In this document: piece after piece, positions 33,953 through 43,699 of the stretch
How positions within the stretch are numbered: position 1 is the first letter of the stretch
Layout of the letters: each line of letters begins with the position of its first letter
Assembly: GCA_030704615.1 (NCBI GenBank)
Contig: CM060731.1
Span: 13,640,001-13,704,000 of the forward strand
Source: Takakia lepidozioides
Lineage: Eukaryota; Plantae; Bryophyta
Direction: 5' to 3'
Length of the DNA: 64,000 bases
The notes under the pieces: generated by a model
Seen by the model: only the letters and a program-made list of their open reading frames with translations
What the model was told of the DNA's origin: nothing
The model's database searches: none
Translations under genes and position numbers: made by a program

Positions 33953-36502
33953 ACAGGGAGTACATCCACAGGTTTGTCTCTCATATAGGCCAGCACAGGT
34001 TCTAGAAACAGGATTGTGGATATTTTATGGCACACTCACACTCTAAAAATTCCATAGATTTTTAGCAGAGTCCCAAAAACAGAAACCAGGTCTAGGTAGG
34101 TAGATTTCCCCTTTCTGCAGCTATCCCCCCAAAAACTGAGTCAAACAGAGTCCATTTGACAAAGATATGACCAATTTGGCTTTAAATCATTTAAATTAGA
34201 TCAAAAGGGCCCCTTTTTTTTTTTTTTTAAAGGGTTTTCAAATTTAAAAATTTAAAGTTACACCCAAAACATTTGGTAACTGGTTCCCGGTTCCCTAAGT
34301 TCTATATGGTTTCCTAGGTTCCCTAGCCACGTGCCCTATAATTTCTAGGATTTAGTTGTGTTTACAAATGCACCCCCCACAGCTCTTGGTTACCAGTGAC
34401 GTGCTCTCCTCCAGTCGAGATCCGTAGCTATGCCGAGCCTTAATCCTTTGCACCAATATTCCCAACAAAAGCAAGAGCACTTACAATGCAACCCCGGAAA
34501 GCACCAGAGCTAACTAGCTTGATCAAGAACGCTTACAGCCCTTCATGCGTGCTGATTTTTCAAGGTGACAACAACAGATCTGCTATCACTGATTGTGAAA
34601 GCCTTTCCATGGAGTTGGCACAGGCTGCCCTCAAGTTCTGGATTGTTCACATAGACCGAGCATGTCATGTAGTGAGCTGGGCCCCTTCTGTCTTCAAGGG
34701 ACCGGCAGTTTCAGATGACACCACATTAATGCCTAAATTGTCATCCTTCCCTGCTCCTTTTTATCTGATTCCTCCACGGTCAGATTCTTCAAGCCGCATC
34801 AGATTCCAGCTTACAAGCCTTTCAATTGACGCTCAAAGTGCCACATCCACACTTGCTTGGTTATTGGGCAGAACTGACGTCAATCAGGCAAGAAGGGAAA
34901 TTTCTGGATCAGACCAGTGCATTGATCATTTCCCAAGACCACGTATGTTGCTTCTTTCGGCGCTTCTCCAGAAGCCAGAGTCATTAAGTTATGGCGCTCC
35001 CCTCAGCAAACCATCCGCCAGCGAGCCTATTCACAGTTCTGCTCTGTCCATCTTTCGCAACAGCAGTTTTGCTCTCTTGCAAACCCTAGCTTCTAGTCAG
35101 CGCAAGTCATCCCTTCAATTCTTGATGGCCTTGCTCCCTCCTCTGGCAGGTGCATAAGTTACAAGGCTGCTTCACATGTTTGCTCATCCTCCAGCATTCA
35201 ATGAATGGACGAATGGCTGCACTGCAGGACACCACCAGGCAGTAGAATACGCCAAGTTCCTTGGTATTCCTATCTCTTGCTCATTCCACAGCCCCTCAAC
35301 ATTACCAATCACATTCGAAGCTCTTGGAGTTCCTGCTCCTGGTACGATTCAATTGCAGCAAAAGCCAGACATGCTAGCTAGAAAAACTGCCAGACTCTGA
35401 TCAGGCTAAGAAAGAAGATACAGCCACTGTGACAGCTGCCAATGTGCCCACATGCGTCAAGAAAAGCTACAGCCCAACTTCAGTGGAAAGATGTGCTTTG
35501 CCTGCAGAGGAGCCTGATACAGACAGTATGTTCAGTTTGCCACTTGCAGGACCAGGCTCTCTAATTGAGGAGCCAGAATGTGGAAATGATGAAAATGGAG
35601 AGAGTGAGGTGTGCTCTACTGCAAAGGATGTTGGAGTGGGCATCTTTCAAATTGCTACCCCAGGTACAGAGGAAGCGAAGAGAAGTTCGGAGGAAGGAAA
35701 CATGCGGGTTGCCAGTGATGGTATTGCTATTGACCAGGATGCTACCTCAGAAAATCAATTAGATTCTGCTCTTCCGCTGCCTTTCCTGACCGCACAATAC
35801 GTCACTCTTTCCCATTTCTTCCTTAACGGCTGCTGCGCCTCACTGAGGCTCGAAGAACTGCTACGATCACATGTTCGATCTCCAAGTCTTTACGTCCGCT
35901 TCCACCTCATTTCTTCCCTGCGTTTGTGGGTGTGACGAGGAGCAAGGTAAGAGGCACTTGCAGTTACCCTACACACGACCTCACTGACCGCTTCTGGTCG
36001 GTGCACATCGAACTAAGGCGAGCAGCCCATACTCTACCTCCTGACTGCCCCACCTCGCCCTCTCTGCACGCCGTTCCATTCTCCCTCATCTCCATCTCCA
36101 GGCATGGAAGTTCTACTCATCTGCTCGATTACAGGTACCCCTTTAAGTCTCGCACTTGGTCAGTTTCCGAACGGCCAATCGCTGCTACACCATGATGTCT
36201 CCTCACCGACCAAAACGAAGGCTGCTTCCCCGCAGTATAGCTCCGTCCTGCCCCGGCGGCCTCATGCCAGAACCAACGCTATCCTCAACCAGTAGAACAA
36301 GACCAGTTCTTTGCCCCTGCTTGCCATGCAGCCTGCCTCCATGGACCATCTATATACCCAGAAACCAACGATGATCGAAACCAGCATGTTTTTTTTTTTT
36401 TAAGCTTCTCAAAGTAAGCATTACTTACACACAGGTAATCATACAAGTGCTAACCCTCAACTCCTACCTTGCACTCACAGGTAAGAGGTGATCTTTCTCT
36501 AG

Positions 36503-36852
36503 TGATAAGAAGCATAGAAACACTGTTGACACAAAACATGTGAAATCCATCTCTATCACTCTTTATAATAGAAGTCGAGCCAGGGGCACCCCAAGCTATG
36601 GGGACTCCACCCCACAACAACCTACACTCCCATCATGAGTACACTCAGATCTAAACGCATGCAAGAGCTCGGTCGCGTAGGCTCAACTCGAGAAAGATGA
36701 GCTGCGCGACTGCCGCTCTCGTGAAGATAAGACGGACCAGGTGTCAAACTAAACTTGACACCTGATTTAACACTTGACCTAAATCCAAGTGTTAAATACA
36801 AATAGCTAGTTTTATGCTAGCTGTTTTCACACTGTGCTTATTTAACTTGACA
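36503..36852 (-). repeat. 5' terminal repeat (B only, 350 bp)
   Basis: Matches 24652-25001 with two substitutions noticed by eye; reads TGTCA...TATCA on the sense strand; not adjoined by an A copy. Confidence 0.95.
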
Positions 36853-37996
36853 TGTGCATCCCCTCACAGTATACTGACGTATGACCACAAAAGCTCTTAT
36901 GCCCATCGCTTCGCTCGTCCCATACTACATTGGTTCTCCTAGGATGATCAAAAGAACTATTGACCAGCCCAGCGACATTGCCGAAGATGTCGGGGTCACC
37001 TTCACAAAATCTGATCTCAATGGGAGACAACCCCCGTCTACGTACATCCTGTCCGTTGACACACAAAATGTAGGGTAGGATGTATGGGGCTTCGAGGTGT
37101 AATGTACGGAACTCCACGGAGGTGTAGTATGGACCGTAGTATGGAAACAAGTCCACTATGGTGTTTCTCCGAGGAGGAACTACAATATCATTGACTGTGA
37201 ATAAATCCCGACCCCTAGCAGGGTCTGTAGCGGCTCTCACAACATACCGTCTCCCCCAATACTCAACTCCACATTTTCTCGAATGGGGGTGGGAGAGTCG
37301 AGATGATTCTCCCAACAATGAGGCTGGACGGTCCTCAGTAACATAGTCCTATGCGCTTCCCATCGGGGGCGAGGATCCGGCTCAGGCCGCCCAAGCCGAA
37401 GGGGAGGAAACCTAGGGCGAAGCCGACCCCTCCTAGGGGTTCGGGGGGCACATGCACGTGGAGGTGGAGGTGGTACTGCTGGCAGAGGAGATAAAAGTGG
37501 AGGTGGTTGAGGATGTAATGTCGGAGGTACAGCCGGGGGTACAACGTCCGGTACTACCGAAGGTGGATCAGACAAAGAAATAGACGGGGGGGGGGAGGAG
37601 GCCACAATCAGGGGACCGCCTGAGGAAACTGGAGGGGGGGGGGGCCTGCTCGTCGCCGGCCATAATGCCTATGACACCTACCCGTTCCCACACTTAGTGC
37701 ACCAACACTCATCCTGTCCAGGGGGGGGGGGGGGGTCAAAGGTGGACGTGGTTGGACAGGGTGGCCCACGAGGGGGCAACCCGCGGCGCGCGCCGACTCG
37801 ATCCCGGAGTGTCAACATCCTCCGCATCACCTGAAATTTGGCCCCGGTCCCTTCTACAATTGTGCCCGGCAGCATGTATTGGATCAGGTGCAATGGGTGG
37901 CTCCTCACCACGAAAAAAGGTCGCTCTAGGGCCACAATCAATATGTGGTACTACCTCCCTATCCTCGAGGGAGACGGGTTGATGTTTCCTCACCAT
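36853..37996 (-). CDS. SET-domain protein, N-terminal part (Pro-rich linker plus SET N-half), frameshifted
   Basis: ATG of MVRKHQ at 37996, a Pro-rich segment, then RGRDLFTVNDI..LFPYYGP..GDPDIFGNVAGLVNSS..TNV. Confidence 0.65.
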
Positions 37997-39021
37997 TGTC
38001 GAGCGGCTTTTACTCACCCATCCCTTCGCTATCCGAGGCGGGAACTCCAAGATAGAAGAGTTAGAAATCTCTAAGCACTCAGCCCGCTCAGAATAATCTC
38101 AGTCATGACCTACGGCTAGTGTATCATGGGGGTGTTTCCTATTTGTATTCCTTCCCGTATTCATGTTAGTTACCTTACTGTTGGTATTTAAGTATCAGAT
38201 TGCTTCAGCAATCTATCGGATTCCATCAACTCATCCATTCATTCCACAGCTTCACTCAGATCTCTCTACACAGTGTGAGTATGAAGTATGTATCAGATTA
38301 ATATCTATCAAGTATCAGGCTGAAGCCATGGTGTCTCTAATCTACTTTACATTACAATTCTACAGCTTGCATTCATCAACTAACAATAGATCGTCACTTC
38401 TCCTACTGCGTGCTCTTCATCTTTCCATTCAAAGATGTGCTCTCCCCTCTATTTCCCAGCCCTGATGTAAGAAGTCCCCCCCCCAAAGTGATCCCCAGAA
38501 GTCATTTCTCGTCCTCCCTGCTCTTTGCTTTTTCCACCTACAAGCTGTTCTAACCGCTTTCCTAACTAACCGTCATTCATGTAGTACACGTTCCTTTTTC
38601 AGATGTCGTTCCCCCACCGTTGTTCCCTGCCAATGATAACTGTTCCCAGCTGTGCCGAGCTGTGACTGGCTGTATCAGGCCATGGCGGGCTGTGACTGGC
38701 TGTGTCGGGCTGTGTAGGGCTGTGCGAAGTTGTGGCGCTGTGTCGGGCTGTAACGGGCTGTGTTGGCTGTGCGAAGCTGTGATGGCTGTGTCTGACTGTG
38801 TCGGCTGTGACGGACTGTGACGGGCTGTGTTGGCTGTGCGTAGCTGTGACGGGCTGTGTTGGACTGTGACGGGCTGTGATGGACTGTGTCGGGCTGTGTA
38901 TCTCCCCCCTAAAGCCTGTTGCTGTCACCTCTAAAGCTCCTATTGGTCTTAGTCTGTGTAAAAATTAAGGGTACCCCACAGATCCCATAAAAGCGTCTAA
39001 GTCCCAAGCAGCCCTCTAACA
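37997..39021 (-). repeat. 3' LTR of gypsy element 2
   Basis: Direct repeat of 59007-59881, with a longer internal GGCTGTG tandem array (~38640-38900). Confidence 0.95.
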
Positions 39022-39151
39022 TTTACCCCTCCTCCTCTCAAAAAGCCGTGTCCTCACGGTTTACTGTTTGGGATTAGCAAACTTTTGTGAGCGAGCACCC
39101 TTGTGACGTTGAGAGTCTCGTGAAGGACTCCGTGTGCGAGCCCGTGTCCCC

Positions 39152-40610
39152 TCACTGGTTGAGTTGAGATGATTGAGCACTACCTGGAAATGTCAGTCCC
39201 TCCTTTGGCTGATATCGAGGTAATCGCTCAGGCATAGGAGACCCCCGTCGCTTCTTCTCTGCCATCTGAATTGCATAGTCCTCTGCCATGTCAAAAGAGT
39301 CCCCTGAAGAACCATCAAAATCGTCTTCCCCCCTGAGGTGTTTTAACAGTCGAACTTTAACTGAAATCCTTTGGGGCATACAATGTTGTCCCACCATGTC
39401 TGGAAGTTTAAACCGTAAAAATTGTTGTAAGCGCTGAATTGCAAAATTGGTGAAGACCTTGAACTCCTTGTCTGTCCAAGTGAGTGGTGTACCAATGACT
39501 TGTGAATTGTGCAAGTATTTCCATGCCTCATGTCCCTTAAAGAAAATATCGTCAGGGCCGAATTTCTGTGTTGACAAATTGTTCCAGGCCGCATGAAACC
39601 ATGAACGAATCTTAGAATCCTTTTGCATCATAACTTTTGCCTCATATAGGTACATATGAGGTGGCACTGAAGGTAAGACCCAATGATCCCCATTGGAATA
39701 ACTCAGAAATCGCGATTGCATTTTCTGCTACTCAATGTGATAACGTGCCAGAAAACAAGCAGCATAGTATAACCCGCAACCCATGACAATACTTGCTACC
39801 TCCTTGGTCTTGGTATAAATGAATCCATGTACAACTTGGAAGGCAATTAATTCCTTCAACATGGTACTTGTCTCATGCCAGTATTGCGCAAAGTGATGAT
39901 CCTCAATTGGTCGATTGTTCGGAAGAACTTTAGTCCTAGTTGCCACTGGCAGCCAAATGCGCATGATCTGATAGTAATGTGCCAACGACTGCGGAGGACT
40001 AAATTCCTTCCAAGCCAAATCCAACACAATGGGAATTTGGTTGAAGGCATAATCATACCCCGACTGTACTCCGTGCAGCAGGAGTTTTAGGTGGGTTAAA
40101 AGCAGCATCCCCCCATACCTCAGGCTGTGGTGGCTGTGGTGGCTGTGGTGGCTGTGGTGGCTGTGGTGTGGCTGTAGTAACAACATGGTCAGCTGCTGTC
40201 ACAGTCACTTGTTGTGGTCTTGGTGGCACTGGCTCTTGTACCACTGGCATCTCCTGCACCCCCTACGAAGAAGACTGAAAAGCCAAAGTTCTGGCTTGTA
40301 AATAAGAAGCCATCAGCTGCTCCTCAGGTACAAAGACTCTCTTGTCAATATTTGATGTCAAGTTCTCCACCTGAGTCTGCAGGCCATCTACATCCTCTTG
40401 TAGCTCCGCTATCCTACTATAGACATTGTCTATAGTAGTTGTGGCAATGTTCTGCACTTGCAGTCTGAGCTCATTCATCTCGCTTTGGGTGAGCTTTTGT
40501 GGTGCTTTGCCTTCCACCGGCCCTTGTGCTAACCAGACCTGCATAAGATGGTTATCCACCAAGTTGCTTGTGGCACCCCTGAGAGTCTGCTCCTCTGTGA
40601 GCCTGTACAC
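39152..40610 (-). CDS. Unknown fragmented 3' accessory ORF(s) of gypsy element 2
   Basis: Consecutive minus-strand ORFs 40263..40610, 39728..40186 and 39152..39721, probably one frameshifted gene. Confidence 0.45.
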
Positions 40611-40727
40611 ATCTATCTGTTGCTATAAAGCCTCCATGCGCTTTGCATGAGGTTCAACCAAACTCGCATAGGCAGCAGCCAGATTATTGGCTTCCTTCCA
40701 AGCCTTGTTAGCCACAGAGAGTTCATT

Positions 40728-42569
40728 TCAATTTACCATGAGCGTTTGTTGCAACTCCAGGATGTACCTCTCTTGGTCAGCTTCAACCTGCCTGTATTGC
40801 TTGAAAGTATTCTCATTGCGACAGATTGTATTCTTCATATCGACAATGAGTTTCGCTTGCTCGACATTCTCTGCCTTTGCCTTTGTACATCTTTCCGCTT
40901 GACTGTTAACTTCTATTGTAGCTTGCTCAAGCGTAGTTGTGAGTGTAGCATAATGTATGGCCATCCTCTCATGTACTGTCTGCAAGTCTGTATGTAGTGC
41001 ATTCACTTCTTGCAACTTGCTCTCATGTTTCACCAACATTTGGTATAGCTGTTGCTTATATGCTTCGTGCAACTGGTCCTGCGCGAGGCCTGCTTCTATC
41101 AAATGTTCCTTGGCCAACTGCAAAGCAGCTGTTGTATCCTCTAACTCTTGCTGTAATTTGAGAGTGACCTCCTCATCGACCTTGTTTGCACACTCAGTGG
41201 CAAGTCGAGCCTCAAACTCCTTCCTGAGTTCCTCCCTCAAAGCTGCCAATTGGGTAGATGGAACATGGGATTTCACATAGGTGCCCAACAAATTAAGTGT
41301 CATGCTTATGGAACTCATAAGCATGGCATGTTGAGGGTCATCATGGTGAGCTTGCTGCTGTTCTCCCTGATCCTCAATAGTGTGATGCCTCACGAACCAT
41401 TCAGGCCATTGCCCCACCAGATTTTCTTCCTGAACCACCTCATCCGCTACAGGTGCTGCAGTGTCTTGACATTCTACCTGTGGTACCTCCGTCAGAGGTG
41501 TGGGTATTACAACAACAGCAGGGTTTTCCCTGGACAACCGCTGTACCTTCGGAATCACTGTTTCCCTGACCAAACCAGAATTTTCATAGAGAAGGTCCCC
41601 CTTCTCAATTTCTGCCACCACCTGTTCTGTAGTGGGGATATCTAACTTTTCTTTCTCCAAATCAATTATTTGTGGTGGAACTGCATGGACAACTTGTGGT
41701 AACTCTGTGACAAGCCGATCATCTGGCTGGGATGGCTGTGATACTGAAGTAACCTCCTGTTCTCTCTCCACAGGTTGCGTTGTTTGTACCCACATCTCTC
41801 TGTGCTGCTGTGCCCCCTCTTGCACAAGAGTATGAGTAACTTCTTCCTCTGGCTGTCTCGTAGCCAATAGTTCTGCTTCCAATGTGATTGCTTTCCTCTG
41901 CCTCTTAGGCTGTTGATGCTCTGCGAATCCCCCTTCACCCTGTGAAGAACCTTGCTCTTTTATGACAGTGGTTGTTGTCTCAAACACTCCCATCTCCTTC
42001 CTTTCTCTCGCATCAAGTATGCACGAGTCTAGAATAATTTGTGCAATGATTGGCCCAGACACTATGATAGGAGACTTTGCGGCAGTGCCTTGTAATCTCT
42101 TCATCTCCTCTACCAGTCCGTTGTACATTATGTCCGCCCATGCTACCTCTTCTCCTCTCAGGGCTTTGAGTATTTCCTCTGTGAAGGATCTGCTCAAATA
42201 CTGTTGGTTCTGTTTCATGGCAAACAGAACGTTCAATACCTGGCCTACCTCCCTTAGCCCTGGGTACACGGCCTTGGTACAAGCATAACCCTGAGTTTTA
42301 AAGAAACTCCCTTCTTGGAATAAGTCCCCTATTTGCAGTCTTGCCCTGTGCTCCTCCACATGCACCTGACCTGATGGCAATTCAAACAATTGCTGTAGGT
42401 ATAGGGGAGTAATTTCTAATTCAACTCCCTTCACCGTTGTTGCTCCTGTCCTAGGCTCAAAGTTTTGCAAGAATTGTAACATGTACTGCCTATGGTGCAA
42501 TGTCCGATCTTTGCTTTGCAATCCTTCTAATCGCAGCTCCTTCAGTAACTGTACGCTGTGGAGTAGCAA
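40728..42569 (-). CDS. 613-aa 3' accessory ORF of gypsy element 2 (plant-transposon-protein-like N-terminus, coiled-coil C-terminus)
   Basis: Long open frame. EITPLYLQQLFELP..VAWADIMY..GPIIAQI resembles extra ORFs of Athila/Tat-type elements. Heptad-rich C-terminus. Confidence 0.6.
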   Translation of the reverse strand: MLLHSVQLLKELRLEGLQSKDRTLHHRQYMLQFLQNFEPRTGATTVKGVELEITPLYLQQLFELPSGQVHVEEHRARLQIGDLFQEGSFFKTQGYACTKAVYPGLREVGQVLNVLFAMKQNQQYLSRSFTEEILKALRGEEVAWADIMYNGLVEEMKRLQGTAAKSPIIVSGPIIAQIILDSCILDARERKEMGVFETTTTVIKEQGSSQGEGGFAEHQQPKRQRKAITLEAELLATRQPEEEVTHTLVQEGAQQHREMWVQTTQPVEREQEVTSVSQPSQPDDRLVTELPQVVHAVPPQIIDLEKEKLDIPTTEQVVAEIEKGDLLYENSGLVRETVIPKVQRLSRENPAVVVIPTPLTEVPQVECQDTAAPVADEVVQEENLVGQWPEWFVRHHTIEDQGEQQQAHHDDPQHAMLMSSISMTLNLLGTYVKSHVPSTQLAALREELRKEFEARLATECANKVDEEVTLKLQQELEDTTAALQLAKEHLIEAGLAQDQLHEAYKQQLYQMLVKHESKLQEVNALHTDLQTVHERMAIHYATLTTTLEQATIEVNSQAERCTKAKAENVEQAKLIVDMKNTICRNENTFKQYRQVEADQERYILELQQTLMVN

Positions 42570-43344
42570 TCGTTTGTTTCTACAGGATTGTGGTGCTCTT
42601 CATCCTGATTTCTTCCATTCCTCTCACTCTCTTCATTCTAGACCACAGAAAGGTTTTGGTTGTAACAATTGAAGAAATGCTGCAGGGCACAAAGCATAAA
42701 CGTATGGTTGCCACAAAATGCTATGGGTAATTTCTTGTAAGCCTGCGGGGTTTGCAAGCATCGATTAAGAGAAAAGATACTCTCTGTTCTTCTATCCCCG
42801 TGCCACTGCGTAAGTAGTATCGCGAGCGTATAGTCTGTTAGTTCCTCCATAGCTTCAAAGCTATAGGATTGATGGTCTGTCCCGTCGAGACGCCCGTTAC
42901 TTGGAACGACGCCGACTCTTGCGCTTAAAATCCCTCCAATTTCTTGATCCTGCTTCTGGCTTATGATTGGCTGTAACCGCTGTGACTGGATTTTAGATTT
43001 AATTTTCTTAGTGATTTTCCCTGCTGGACTGTCCACTAGGATAACACATGTGACAAGAATTTCGCTTTTCTGTACTTGCCGTTTGTTCCGTTACCTTTTT
43101 TCCGTATTCATTAATGGGCCCGCCATTCATCCGAATTGACGTGCTAAGTAGGTACTTTGACGGCCACTCTTGTCCTCTTTCTTGATGACACCTGTTCTTG
43201 CACTTCCTTCTCAGCTGTGTGTCGCGCCCTGACTTCCACGTGTTTATTTTTAAACGTGCCTCCGTCCATTTTTCCGCCGGCCACTGTCCGGATGTTAACC
43301 CACGTCCATATTTCACGGATCCTATGGACTGTGTAACCCCGGTA

Positions 43345-43585
43345 GGCTGTGTTGAGCTGTGACAAGCTGTGTCATACTGTGGTACGCTCTGATAGGCTGT
43401 GTGGCACTGTGGTAAGCTGTGATAGGCTGTGACACGCTGTGGTAGGTTGTGATAGGCTGTGTCACGCTGTGATGGGCTGTGATGGGCTGTGCCACACTGT
43501 GATGGGCTGTGATAGGCTGTGCTGCGTCGTGATGGGCTGTGATAGGCTGTGTCGCGCCGTGATGGGCTGTGATAGGTTGTGCCAC
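43345..43585. repeat. 30-bp tandem repeat (GTGATGGGCTGTGATAGGCTGTG...)
   Basis: About eight visible units between pol and the 3' ORFs. Confidence 0.85.
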
Positions 43586-43699
43586 ACTTGTACTGCCCAC
43601 CCTGGTCATATACGCTCGGCCTAGCGACAAGTGCTCCATACTCCGTTGGTCGTGACTGCTTCTGCGTTTCAACATGCAAATGCTGCTGGTTTGTCATGG

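Larger units (their letters stand above)
24566..36852 (-). mobile_element. Ty3/gypsy retrotransposon with a DNMT3-like methyltransferase, PHD-integrase and split terminal repeats
   Basis: TG...CA termini; TSD TGTG at 24562-24565 and 36853-36856; order gag-PR-DNMT-RT-RH-IN-PHD; terminal repeats B (350 bp x2) and A (87 bp x2). Confidence 0.95.

Noticed and set aside
24566-36852. Classification as a DIRS/Ngaro element because of the split repeats
   Set aside because: No tyrosine recombinase is present; it has a protease, an HHCC-DDE integrase, a PPT and a TSD.
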